In this document: piece by piece, positions 16,968-26,997 of the stretch
Layout: every line of letters begins with the position of its first letter
Position numbering within the stretch: position 1 is the stretch's first letter
Assembly (NCBI GenBank): GCA_049317645.1
Contig: JBMOHV010000001.1
Coordinates: forward strand, 975 to 64,974
Source of the DNA: Bacteroidia bacterium
Lineage (GTDB): Bacteria; Bacteroidota; Bacteroidia; UBA7662
Reading direction: 5' to 3'
Length of the DNA: 64,000 nt
Notes under the pieces: model-generated
What the model was told of the DNA's origin: nothing
The model's database searches: none
What the model saw: only the letters and a program-made list of their open reading frames with translations
Position numbers and translations under genes: made by a program

Positions 16968-19871
16968 ATGGAAGCCCGATGGCAAGCTTATTGGCATCAA
17001 AACGGCACCTACCGCACCAAAGAACCCCTTGACGGCCAACCCAAAACCTATGTGCTGGATATGTTCCCTTACCCTTCGGGGGCCGGGCTCCACGTAGGCC
17101 ATCCCTTGGGCTATATCGCATCGGATGTGGTGGCCAGGCTCCACAGAATGCAGGGCCATGCGGTCCTCCATCCCATGGGATTTGACGCCTTTGGCCTGCC
17201 GGCGGAACAATACGCGATCCAAACCGGGCAACACCCCCGCACCACCACCGTCCAGAACAGCGCACGGTACCGGGAACAACTGGGTCGGCTGGGCTTCAGT
17301 TTTGACTGGGACCGCCAAATCGACACCAGCGATCCTAACTACTACCGTTGGACCCAATGGATGTTTCTGCGCATGTTTGATTCCTGGTTCGATAACGAGG
17401 CCCAAAAGGCCCGATCGATCGCAGAATTGGAGGACTATCTGAGTCAACACGGCAACCACCACCTGCAGGCCGCCTGTTCCGAGCAAACGCCGTCGATCAG
17501 CGCCCAGGACTGGGCGATCATGGATGAGCGGAGCCGGCGTCGAATCCTGATGCATTACCGCTTGGCCTACCGTGCCATGGCCCGGGTCAATTGGTGCCCG
17601 GCTTTGGGGACCGTTTTGGCCAACGACGAAGTCAAAGACGGTTTTTCGGAAAGGGGCGGACATCCGGTGGAACAACGCCTGATGCCCCAATGGATGCTTC
17701 GAATTTCCGCCTACGCGGACCGCCTGCTCGAGGGCATGGACGAGCTCCAATGGTCCGAATCCATCAAAGAACACCAACGCCATTGGATTGGACGATCGGT
17801 GGGTGCCCAGGTTCGCTTTGAAACGGCTTGCGGGACCTTGGAAGTTTTTACCACCCGACCCGATACCCTCTTTGGGGTCAGCTTTGTAGTCGTTGCCCCC
17901 GAACACCCCTGGGTTGAACGCCTCACCACCCCCGAACAATCCGAACAAGTTCAGGCCTATCTTCTTCAGACCAAAGGCCGCAGCGAACGCGATCGCCAAG
18001 CCGAAACCCGCAAAATCAGCGGCTGCTTTACGGGCAGCTACGCTCGACACCCAATCACGGGACAACAGGTCCCGGTTTGGACCGCTGATTATGTTTTGGC
18101 CGGCTACGGGACCGGTGTGGTCATGGGGGTCCCGGCCGGGGATCATCGGGACTGGAACTTTGCGACTCATTTTGGCTTGGACATCCCGGCGATTTTTGTC
18201 AACCAGGACCCCTCAACGGGGGCCTGCGATGACCGCCATGCGGTGCTCAAGTCGTCCCAGTTTTTGGACGGACTTAACGCCCTTCAAGCCATCCCCGCCG
18301 TCATTGCTGAACTTCAAAAAACAGACCGCGGCTTTGCTGTAACACGTTATCGTTTGAGGGATGCCGTTTTTTCACGGCAGCGCTACTGGGGCGAACCGGT
18401 CCCCATGGTGATGGATGGCGAAGACCCCTATCCCCTCCCGGATTCGGCCCTGCCTCTTTTGCTCCCGGATATTGATCGCTACCTGCCAACGGCCGATGGC
18501 GAACCTCCCTTGGCACGGGCCAAGGATTGGACTTGGCAGGGTCTTCCGCTGGAAACCACCACCATGCCCGGTTGGGCCGGTTCCAGCTGGTATTTTTTGC
18601 GTTATACCGATCCCCAAAACCAAGAAACCTTTGCAGATCCCGCAGCGATGAAGGCCTGGGGTGCCGTGGATTTGTACATTGGCGGGGCTGAACATGCCAC
18701 GGGGCATTTGCTCTATGCTCGCTTTTGGAATCATTTTTTGTTTGATCGTGGCCTGGTTCCCTTTTGTGAGCCCTTCAAGCGCCTGGTTAATCAGGGCATG
18801 ATTCAAGGGGTTTCGGAATATGTTTTTCGTTCCCACCCGGCCCTATCGCTGGAATGGTGGAACCAATGCCAGGAGGCCCAAGGAAAAAGTGCCCCAACCG
18901 TGCAACCCCTGAGCCAAGCAACGGCGGGGACGCCCCTCCTCATTTCCGAAGATTGGCTTCAAGATTTGTTATCAAATCCCCACACCGCCGCTACCCTCCA
19001 CGAATACCCCGGATTCCGTACCTCGGTGGACGTTCGCTTTGTCGACAAAAATCTTTTGGACATCCCTTCCCTCCTAGCGGGATCCCCGGAGACGGCCGAA
19101 TGGCAAAACGCGGTTTGGCTCAACCGCCATGGCAATACCGGAGCGGACGCACGGGGCTTTGAATTCAAGACCCGATCGGAGGTCGAAAAAATGTCCAAGT
19201 CCAAACGCAATGTCGTCAACCCCGATACCGTTGTTGAACAATACGGGGCCGATACCCTTCGTCTTTACGAATTGTTTTTGGGCCCCCTCGAAGACGCCAA
19301 ACCCTGGGATACCCAAGGTATTGAGGGGGTTTACCGATTTCTCCAAAAAGTAAACCGCCACGTTCGTTCTTCCGAGGTTCATTCGTCCGATCCGGACGAA
19401 GCCGCCCTTCGCATTTTGCATCGTTGCCTTCGCAGAGTTCACGATGGATTGGAACGCATGGCCCTCAATACTTGCATTTCGGCGATGATGATCGGCATGA
19501 ACGAGTTGCAGAGCGCGGGGCTCTTTCATCGCCAAATCCTGGACCCCTACGTCCGGATGTTGGCTCCTTTTGCCCCCCATTTGGCCGAAGAACTGTGGGC
19601 CGTCTTGGGTCACGAACCTTCGATTCACCACGCCCCATACCCCAACTGGGAACCCATCTACCTGGAACAGGATACCTACTTGTATCCGGTGCAGCACAAC
19701 GGCAAAGTCCGTTTGCAAGTGGAACTTCCAGCCAAAGGCCTCCCGGAAGATTTAGTCCAGCTAGCCCTGGCACACCCCAAGGTGGTGGAATGGCTCAACG
19801 GCCGGATCCCTACCAAAACAATTGCCGTACCTGGTCGAATCATTAACATGGTTTTGCCCAATCAACCCTAA
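16968..19871 (+). CDS. leuS: Leucine--tRNA ligase
   Basis: HVGHPLGY (HIGH) and KMSKS (EKMSKSKRN) motifs. The internal ATG at 16968 (MEARWQAYW) is preceded by AGGAA; the ORF-table N-terminal extension overlaps ftsX. Confidence 0.95.
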   Translation: MEARWQAYWHQNGTYRTKEPLDGQPKTYVLDMFPYPSGAGLHVGHPLGYIASDVVARLHRMQGHAVLHPMGFDAFGLPAEQYAIQTGQHPRTTTVQNSARYREQLGRLGFSFDWDRQIDTSDPNYYRWTQWMFLRMFDSWFDNEAQKARSIAELEDYLSQHGNHHLQAACSEQTPSISAQDWAIMDERSRRRILMHYRLAYRAMARVNWCPALGTVLANDEVKDGFSERGGHPVEQRLMPQWMLRISAYADRLLEGMDELQWSESIKEHQRHWIGRSVGAQVRFETACGTLEVFTTRPDTLFGVSFVVVAPEHPWVERLTTPEQSEQVQAYLLQTKGRSERDRQAETRKISGCFTGSYARHPITGQQVPVWTADYVLAGYGTGVVMGVPAGDHRDWNFATHFGLDIPAIFVNQDPSTGACDDRHAVLKSSQFLDGLNALQAIPAVIAELQKTDRGFAVTRYRLRDAVFSRQRYWGEPVPMVMDGEDPYPLPDSALPLLLPDIDRYLPTADGEPPLARAKDWTWQGLPLETTTMPGWAGSSWYFLRYTDPQNQETFADPAAMKAWGAVDLYIGGAEHATGHLLYARFWNHFLFDRGLVPFCEPFKRLVNQGMIQGVSEYVFRSHPALSLEWWNQCQEAQGKSAPTVQPLSQATAGTPLLISEDWLQDLLSNPHTAATLHEYPGFRTSVDVRFVDKNLLDIPSLLAGSPETAEWQNAVWLNRHGNTGADARGFEFKTRSEVEKMSKSKRNVVNPDTVVEQYGADTLRLYELFLGPLEDAKPWDTQGIEGVYRFLQKVNRHVRSSEVHSSDPDEAALRILHRCLRRVHDGLERMALNTCISAMMIGMNELQSAGLFHRQILDPYVRMLAPFAPHLAEELWAVLGHEPSIHHAPYPNWEPIYLEQDTYLYPVQHNGKVRLQVELPAKGLPEDLVQLALAHPKVVEWLNGRIPTKTIAVPGRIINMVLPNQP

Positions 19872-19917
19872 ACAAGGCCTTCTTTCGATCCTACACTTCC
19901 TCCTAAATTTCGCCCAA

Positions 19918-22131
19918 ATGATTTGCAATCAATCCCTTAAACACCGGCTGACCCTTACAGCCATGGCGCTTTTGTTCACCCTTAGCCTTGGATGGCCGGC
20001 GACCTTGCAGGCTCAGTCCCAGGGAGACCCCGTGCTCAACGAAGAAATGTTATGGAAAATGTCCATGGTCCAGGCTCCCGTGGCCTCACCCGATGGGCAG
20101 CGCTTGGTGTACGGGGTCAGGACCACCGAATTAGCCCTTAACAAATCCCAAACCGACCTGTATATCCTGGATTTAAGCCTCCAAAAATCCACCCGCCTCA
20201 CCACCACCCCATCGTCCGAAAGCGAAGTCCGATGGAGCCCCGACGGGCAATGGCTGGTTTTCCTCTACCCGGTGGATGGTCAACTGCAAATGCATCGCAT
20301 GCGGCCCGATGGCAGCGGCAGGGAATGCCTGAGCGCGGTCCCCGGCGGGGTGGAAGGCTTTGGATTATCCCCCCAAGGTGGGCATTGGTTTTACCTGGCT
20401 AGGGTCCGCCTGGAACCCACATTGCGCGATCGCTACCCGGAGCTGCCTTTATCCAGCGGTCGCCTTTACGATCAGTTGATGCACCGACATTGGGACCGTT
20501 GGCACGACGGGACCTACAGCCATGTTTTTGTCCAAGCATTGCGCGATGGGTACCCCAACGGCAAAGCGGTTGATCTTTTGGAGAATCAACCTTACCACAG
20601 CCCCCTTCAACCGATGGGCTCCTCGTCCGAAATCGCATGGTCCCCCGATGGGGTTTGGTTGGTTTATCCCTCCAAAAAAATGAACGGAAACCAATCGGCG
20701 GTTTCAACCAATTCGGACCTGTACGCTTATCACATCCCCAGCGGAGAAACCCAAAACTTGACCGAGTCCAACCCGGGTTACGATACCGATCCGGTTTTCT
20801 CTCCGGACGGTCAACACCTGGCCTGGCTTAGCATGGCCCGCGATGGCTACGAAGCCGACCTGAATCGGGTGGCCCTGATGGAATGGAGCACCCGCAGCCT
20901 TCGTTACCTGAACACGGAATTGGATCGTTCGGCCTACGAATTGTGTTGGGCCCCGGATAGCAAATCCCTGTATTTTGGGGTCTACGACCAAGGATCAACC
21001 AAGGTTTACGCCCATCCTTTGCCATCGCCCCAGCACTCATCCGCGTCAACGGCCCCTCGTTCGGGGACCAAGGGTCCCTCGCCCCGCAACGAAACCGCCG
21101 TTCGCTCTTGGACCGAGATCACAACCGAAACGGCCCAGTACAGCGGACTTTTGGCGATCCCCCATCGGGTCACCAACAAAGCAGAATCCAAAACAAAGGC
21201 CGCCAAACAGCGCAGCAACCACCGCCTGGTTTTTCTCAAATCCACCATGCTGAGACCCTCGGAACTATTTGTCAAAGAGCCGCTGCGTTCAGCCCCGGAA
21301 ACCCCGCTCACCCATTGCAACGATAGCCTTTACAGCCAACTGCAATCGGCTCGCTTTGAAAGCAGTTGGATTCCCTCTTCGGATGGCAAGGCGGTCCAGA
21401 CCTACATCGTTTATCCCCCCAACTTTGACCCCAAGCGACGCTATCCAACCCTCATTTATTGCCAAGGAGGGCCCCAAAGCATGATTGGACAAGCCTTTAG
21501 CATGCGTTGGAATTTTCACTTGATGGCCGCCAAAGGTTACATCGTGGTCGCGCCCAATCGTCGGGGACTTCCCGGTTTTGGACAGGCCTGGAACGAGCAA
21601 ATCTCCGGGGACTGGGGCGGTCAAGCCATGAACGATTTATTATGGGTTACCGATTCGGTTCGGCGCCTGCCCTTTGTGGATGCCGAGAAGGTGGCTGCTG
21701 TTGGCGCCTCCTTTGGTGGGTACTCGGTCTATTGGTTGGCCGGTCACCACAACGGACGATTCAAGTCCCTGATTGCGCATTGCGGGGTTTATAACCTGGA
21801 ATCTATGTTTGGTCAGACCGAAGAAATTTTCTTTTCCCAATGGGACATGAAAGGCCGACCTTGGGATCGTCCCAAACCGGCTTCTTATACATGGTTTTCA
21901 CCCCACAGGACGGTGGATCAATGGACCTCCCCCATCCTGGTCATTCACAACGAAAACGATTTTAGGGTGCCGTTGGCCCAGGGACTCGAAGCCTATACCG
22001 CCGCCCAATTGCGGGGAATCAAAACCAAGTTGTTGTATTTCCCGGACGAAAACCACTGGGTCGTCAAACCCCAGAATTCGGTCCTCTGGCAGAAGGTATT
22101 CTTTGATTGGTTGAACGAGACCCTTCGTTAA
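19918..22131 (+). CDS. S9 family serine peptidase (TolB-like beta-propeller plus prolyl-oligopeptidase catalytic domain), secreted
   Basis: Signal peptide. PD40-type repeats (SPDGQ...), GASFGGY nucleophile elbow and a C-terminal DENHW catalytic His region. Confidence 0.8.
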   Translation: MICNQSLKHRLTLTAMALLFTLSLGWPATLQAQSQGDPVLNEEMLWKMSMVQAPVASPDGQRLVYGVRTTELALNKSQTDLYILDLSLQKSTRLTTTPSSESEVRWSPDGQWLVFLYPVDGQLQMHRMRPDGSGRECLSAVPGGVEGFGLSPQGGHWFYLARVRLEPTLRDRYPELPLSSGRLYDQLMHRHWDRWHDGTYSHVFVQALRDGYPNGKAVDLLENQPYHSPLQPMGSSSEIAWSPDGVWLVYPSKKMNGNQSAVSTNSDLYAYHIPSGETQNLTESNPGYDTDPVFSPDGQHLAWLSMARDGYEADLNRVALMEWSTRSLRYLNTELDRSAYELCWAPDSKSLYFGVYDQGSTKVYAHPLPSPQHSSASTAPRSGTKGPSPRNETAVRSWTEITTETAQYSGLLAIPHRVTNKAESKTKAAKQRSNHRLVFLKSTMLRPSELFVKEPLRSAPETPLTHCNDSLYSQLQSARFESSWIPSSDGKAVQTYIVYPPNFDPKRRYPTLIYCQGGPQSMIGQAFSMRWNFHLMAAKGYIVVAPNRRGLPGFGQAWNEQISGDWGGQAMNDLLWVTDSVRRLPFVDAEKVAAVGASFGGYSVYWLAGHHNGRFKSLIAHCGVYNLESMFGQTEEIFFSQWDMKGRPWDRPKPASYTWFSPHRTVDQWTSPILVIHNENDFRVPLAQGLEAYTAAQLRGIKTKLLYFPDENHWVVKPQNSVLWQKVFFDWLNETLR

Positions 22132-23732
22132 GGTCGCGGTTCCCCTTCCAATACCTTGGCATCAACGCCATCGCGGTATTGGTCAAAGTTTTTGATAAAG
22201 GCCGCCGCTAGCTGCGATGCTTTGGCATCGTAAGCAGCTGGATCGCTCCAGGTCAGTCGCGGGTTCAAAATTTCATCCGGAACTCCGGGGCAGGATGCGG
22301 GGACCGATACCTCAAACAGCGGATGCGCATGGGATGGAACCGTATCCAGTTCACCCTGCAGAGCCGCCGTAATCATCGCCCGGGTATAGGACAATTTCAT
22401 GCGGGATCCAACCCCGTAAGGTCCGCCGGTCCAACCGGTGTTCACCAGCCAAACCTGAACCTGGTGTTCCTTCATCTTCTGACCCAACAAGGCGGCGTAT
22501 CGTCCCGGGTGCAATGGCAAAAAGGCCCGACCAAAACAAGCCGAAAAAGTGGTTTGGGGTTCGGTGACCCCCACTTCGGTGCCGGCGACTTTGGCGGTAT
22601 AACCCGAAATAAAATGGTACATGGCCTGCGCCTCGTTCAGACGACTAATGGGAGGCAAAACCCCAAAGGCATCGGCGGTCAAAAAGAACAAATGCTTGGG
22701 ATGGTTGCCAACCGAAGGAACCATGGCATTATCGATGTAATGAATCGGATAAGCACAGCGGGTGTTTTCGGTTTTGGAACTGTTGTCGTAATCCACCTCC
22801 CGGGTACCTTCTTTGAAAACGACGTTCTCAACAATGGACCCAAAGCGAATCGCCTTCCAGATTTCGGGTTCCTTTTCGGGGGTTAGGTTGATGCATTTGG
22901 CATAGCAACCGCCTTCGAAATTAAAGATGGACTGATCACTCCAACCGTGTTCATCGTCCCCGATCAGGCGCCGCTGAGGGTCAGCCGACAAGGTCGTTTT
23001 GCCGGTCCCCGAAAGCCCAAAAAACAAAGCTGTATCGCCCTCGAATCCGCTGTTGGCAGAACAATGCATGGACAAAACATTTTTGTTGTGTGGTAACACA
23101 AAATTAAGAACCCCAAAGATCCCCTTCTTCATCTCTCCTGTATAACCGGTCCCCCCAATCAGGATGACTTTGCGGGTAAAATTAAGAATTGCAAAATTAT
23201 GTTGACGGGTCTTGTCGCGTTCGGGGACGGCCCGAAAACCGGGGGCGCATAGAATCGTCCATTCGGGTTCACCGGCCTTGGATAACTCCTCCGCTGAAGG
23301 TCTCAAAAAAAGATTGTAACAAAAAAGGTTGGAATAGGCCAACTCGGTAATCACCCGAATATTGAGGCGGTGGGCGGGGTCGGCACAGGCATAGGCATCC
23401 CGGGCATAGATGGTTTTGCCACCCAAATAGGCAGCCACCCGATCGTAAAGGGCATCAAAATCATCCGAAGAAAAAGGAATATTAATATCCCCCCACCAGA
23501 CGGCGTTTTCGGTGATCGCATCCTTCACCACAAAACGGTCTTTGGGCGAACGACCGGTAAATTCCCCGGTATCCGATGCCAAGGCCCCGTTATCACAGAG
23601 TTGTCCTTCACCGCTCGCCAAAGCCGACTCAACCAATTCGGCCGGACCCAAATTCCAGTATACCTTTTGCACACCGCCCAGGCCGCTACGATCCCAATGT
23701 AGATTCAACGGTGGATGTCCCTTGTGTTCCAT
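22128..23732 (-). CDS. pckA: Phosphoenolpyruvate carboxykinase (ATP)
   Basis: Kinase-1a GLSGTGKTT, the DDEHGW motif and the GGCYAK region. Start at MEHKGHPP, preceded by a U9 tract; 535 aa. Confidence 0.9.
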   Translation of the reverse strand: MEHKGHPPLNLHWDRSGLGGVQKVYWNLGPAELVESALASGEGQLCDNGALASDTGEFTGRSPKDRFVVKDAITENAVWWGDINIPFSSDDFDALYDRVAAYLGGKTIYARDAYACADPAHRLNIRVITELAYSNLFCYNLFLRPSAEELSKAGEPEWTILCAPGFRAVPERDKTRQHNFAILNFTRKVILIGGTGYTGEMKKGIFGVLNFVLPHNKNVLSMHCSANSGFEGDTALFFGLSGTGKTTLSADPQRRLIGDDEHGWSDQSIFNFEGGCYAKCINLTPEKEPEIWKAIRFGSIVENVVFKEGTREVDYDNSSKTENTRCAYPIHYIDNAMVPSVGNHPKHLFFLTADAFGVLPPISRLNEAQAMYHFISGYTAKVAGTEVGVTEPQTTFSACFGRAFLPLHPGRYAALLGQKMKEHQVQVWLVNTGWTGGPYGVGSRMKLSYTRAMITAALQGELDTVPSHAHPLFEVSVPASCPGVPDEILNPRLTWSDPAAYDAKASQLAAAFIKNFDQYRDGVDAKVLEGEPRP

Positions 23733-23801
23733 GACAAAAAAAAATGAATAGGTTGAAACGATGATGGAGAGGGCAAAAGTAAGGTCCAAACGCCCAAACG
23801 C

Positions 23802-25547
23802 CTACAACCCCCTTAGGGGCTTGTTTCGCAGGTGTTTAACCCGAAAACCCCATTCCAGGCTGCGTTGACCCTGCGGTTCAAGGTTCAACTCCCACCGAAC
23901 CAGACCAGGAAAAGGGGTCTCGGGAGGGGTGGGGAAACGGGCCCCTTCGGCCGTCAAATCCAAAACCTCCAGGTCCTTTTGGAGGCTGACCGGGTATTGG
24001 TCTTCGATGCGAATGCGCACAGGCCCGGGGCGACTGTTCCTCAAATCAATGCGGTAACCGTAGTGCCGTACCACCCACTGATCCAATCGAAAGCGCTGGT
24101 TTTTGAAAATGGCCGCCGGTTGGTACTGAACTTGGACCAAATCGTCCGTTCCCAGCGACAAGGCCACGCTATCGGCGGCATGGGCCCAACGAATGTTTTG
24201 TTCACCCACCCGGTTTCCATCCACCGAGATCATGCATGGACCATCCACCCAATCCAAAAGGGACGAATCCCGGAGCACCCCCATCAAATAAACCCTGGGC
24301 TGTTGGCGAGGGGCCGTATAACGCCACAATTCCACGTCGAGACTGCGTGCATCCAAGGGTTGCCAGACCTCCGAACCGGAGGCCATTCGAAGGGGATTGG
24401 ACGGTTTGTAGGCAAAGGCCGATCCCTGTATCCTGCGTTCAACCTCCGGCAGATCCAAAGCCTCCAACTCATTCCAATTCATGGGGGTTGATGCTTCGGA
24501 TGACTCAGGGACCGCACGGGATGGTTGGGCCCTCGATTTGCTTTGGAGACTGCTCACGGTCTCTATCCGATCCGGACTTCCAACCATGGAGCGATAATAG
24601 TCCAGATACCAAGGGGTGAGGACCGGCAATTCAAGACCAACCGAGGGGCTATGCGTCAAAAAATCAACAGGGACCCCGTCCCAATCCTGACCGCTTTGTT
24701 GATACGAACGGGCCCCCAGTCGCAAGGCGATGCGGGACTTGTTCACATCCACATCCATTTCATAGGCAGGGTTCCAACCCGCTTGCGGGCAAAAAACCTC
24801 CAAACCCACCTGCCCATTTTTGCCAACCATGGCGGGCTGGGCTTCCAGTTGAAGGACCAATCCCTTATCCATGTTTTGGATTTTGTTACGCCAATAGAGA
24901 ACACCGGATTCAAGCTCCCCGGAACGTCGAGTGAGGGAATCCAGGGTACGCTGGCAGGCTAGTTTGGCACGACCCACCTGAGCCATGCGTAGACGAAAAG
25001 GCTCCGCCCCTTTGAGCCACTCTTGGGATGAACCCGCCTCGCCGGATGATACGGACGGAGAGCTCGTGCCACTTTTGCTTTGGATCGGATTCCGACCCAG
25101 GAGAGCCATCAAATACTGTTCCTCCGACTGATAGGAAACCATTTCCACCTGTTGATCCTCCAGCAAACGACGATTCAAACCCAGGGCTTTTTCGGCATGG
25201 CGCAGGCTATCGTTCCAAGACTCCGGAACCGGCAAGGTTTCCCAGCGATAATCGGTCATTCGCAATCCTGGGCTGGACTTGATGCGCAAGGTCGATGCAT
25301 CCAAGGCGGTGGCCCATCCGCCCAATACCCAACGCTGCATTCCTCCTTCAATTTTCCCGGAAACCCCGTAACGCAGCACCGCACCGGATCGGAACAATTG
25401 AACATGCTCCAGACGGATTGTTTTGGTTTCGGCGGCCCGCAGGGGCTGTGCCCATAGATTCGGTGAAGTCAATACCAACAGAAGGAATAACAAAACCCCT
25501 GCCACCCAAAGTCCAGCGCGAGCAACGAAAGAATTCTGCTTTTTCAT
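23802..25547 (-). CDS. Large secreted hypothetical protein, possibly of the DUF4139/DUF4140 (MuiA-like) family
   Basis: 581 aa with a signal peptide and no catalytic motif. The length and N-terminal pattern resemble DUF4140+DUF4139 proteins, but this is an inference only. Confidence 0.35.
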   Translation of the reverse strand: MKKQNSFVARAGLWVAGVLLFLLLVLTSPNLWAQPLRAAETKTIRLEHVQLFRSGAVLRYGVSGKIEGGMQRWVLGGWATALDASTLRIKSSPGLRMTDYRWETLPVPESWNDSLRHAEKALGLNRRLLEDQQVEMVSYQSEEQYLMALLGRNPIQSKSGTSSPSVSSGEAGSSQEWLKGAEPFRLRMAQVGRAKLACQRTLDSLTRRSGELESGVLYWRNKIQNMDKGLVLQLEAQPAMVGKNGQVGLEVFCPQAGWNPAYEMDVDVNKSRIALRLGARSYQQSGQDWDGVPVDFLTHSPSVGLELPVLTPWYLDYYRSMVGSPDRIETVSSLQSKSRAQPSRAVPESSEASTPMNWNELEALDLPEVERRIQGSAFAYKPSNPLRMASGSEVWQPLDARSLDVELWRYTAPRQQPRVYLMGVLRDSSLLDWVDGPCMISVDGNRVGEQNIRWAHAADSVALSLGTDDLVQVQYQPAAIFKNQRFRLDQWVVRHYGYRIDLRNSRPGPVRIRIEDQYPVSLQKDLEVLDLTAEGARFPTPPETPFPGLVRWELNLEPQGQRSLEWGFRVKHLRNKPLRGL

Positions 25548-25566
25548 AACATACTAGAATTTAGAC

Positions 25567-26928
25567 CTAAAGGAAGGCTGATAACAAATCATGCTGGGTC
25601 AAAATATGCCAGGAACCGTCCGGCATACGAACCATAATAGCCTCTGAGTCAGGACGAATGAGAGGAATGAGGCGTTGAACTTTGGTGCTGGAATCGACAT
25701 GCGGAAAGGGAGGCTCCATATGCGGTGCCACCTGTTCGGCGGATAGATCGGGATGGGACAATAGCTTTTGTAACAATTTGCGCTCCGACAACGAACCCAC
25801 CCAATTTCCTTCCGCATCCTGAACGGGCAACTGCGATATCTGGTGTTTGCGCATTTTGGCGACAGCTTCCCCAATGGTTTCCCAATGACCCACCTTGACC
25901 AAGGGCTGTGTTCCCCGCCTTAGGACCAGCCCCGCGGCATCATCCGCGGTATCACTCAGGTAGCCCCGCTCCCTCATCCATGCATCGTTGAACATTTTGT
26001 TCAAGTAGCGGGTACCGTGATCATGAAAAATGACCACCACCACATCCCCCGATTTCAATTGACCCCCCAGCTGCAAGAGCCCCGCCATGGCCGCCCCCGC
26101 AGAATTTCCGGCAAAGATCCCTTCTTCGCGGGCAATCCTTCGGGTCATCAGGGCCGCGTCCCGGTCGGTAACCTTCTCAAAAAGGTCAATCAATGAAAAA
26201 TCCACGTTGGCCGGCAAAAAATCCTCGCCAATGCCCTCGGTTACGTAGGGGTAGATTTCTTGTTTGTCAAAAACCCCGGTTTCCTTGTATTTTTTGAAAA
26301 CCGAGCCGTAGGTGTCAATGCCCCAAACTTTGATGTTGGGGTTCTTGGATTTGAGGTAGCGGGCCGTGCCCGAAATCGTCCCCCCCGTTCCGACTCCAAC
26401 CACCAAGTGCGTCACACGGCCTTCGGTTTGTTCCCAGATTTCTGGACCGGTTTGTTCAAAATGAGCCTGTCGATTCGATAAATTATCGTATTGATTGGCC
26501 TTCCAAGAATGGGGGGTTTCCAACGCCAAACGAGACGAAACGCTGTAATACGAGCGAGGATCTTCCGGGTCCACATTGGTTGGGCAAACAACGACCTCCG
26601 CACCCAATGCCCTCAGGGCATCCACTTTTTCGCGGGATTGTTTGTCGGTGGTCGTAAAAATGCAACGGTACCCCTTGACCACGGCGGCCATGGCCAAACC
26701 CATGCCCGTATTGCCCGATGTTCCTTCGATGATGGTGTAACCCGGTTGGAGCAACCCGGCCGCTTCGGCATCTTCAATCATCTTGAGGGCCATCCGATCC
26801 TTGGTCGAATGACCCGGGTTAAAGGTTTCAACCTTGGCCAATACCGTGGCCGGCAATCCGGAACAAAGGCGGTTGATCCGGACCATGGGGGTATTCCCAA
26901 CTGTTTGCAAAATATTTTCGAACCACAT
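25567..26928 (-). CDS. Cystathionine beta-synthase-like PLP enzyme (cysteine synthase fold plus tandem CBS domains)
   Basis: PLP-lysine motif (NPGHSTKDRMAL), glycine-rich loop (GTGGT) and a C-terminal CBS pair. Confidence 0.8.
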   Translation of the reverse strand: MWFENILQTVGNTPMVRINRLCSGLPATVLAKVETFNPGHSTKDRMALKMIEDAEAAGLLQPGYTIIEGTSGNTGMGLAMAAVVKGYRCIFTTTDKQSREKVDALRALGAEVVVCPTNVDPEDPRSYYSVSSRLALETPHSWKANQYDNLSNRQAHFEQTGPEIWEQTEGRVTHLVVGVGTGGTISGTARYLKSKNPNIKVWGIDTYGSVFKKYKETGVFDKQEIYPYVTEGIGEDFLPANVDFSLIDLFEKVTDRDAALMTRRIAREEGIFAGNSAGAAMAGLLQLGGQLKSGDVVVVIFHDHGTRYLNKMFNDAWMRERGYLSDTADDAAGLVLRRGTQPLVKVGHWETIGEAVAKMRKHQISQLPVQDAEGNWVGSLSERKLLQKLLSHPDLSAEQVAPHMEPPFPHVDSSTKVQRLIPLIRPDSEAIMVRMPDGSWHILTQHDLLSAFL

Positions 26929-26997
26929 GTCCCAAAATTAGACCAAGGCAGCGACGACTTGTTGCACTGCCTTCAACAACGTACTTTTAATGTGCCA

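Noticed and set aside
16935-18170. 411-aa ORF antisense to leuS; similar antisense ORFs at 29530..30468, 39471..40229, 42122..42916, 49257..50198, 52032..52976, 60178..61059 and 62711..63670
   Set aside because: All lie opposite strongly supported genes (leuS, pyrG/yidC, rocD, thrS, gdh, accC, dinB, dnaE2) and have low-complexity composition.
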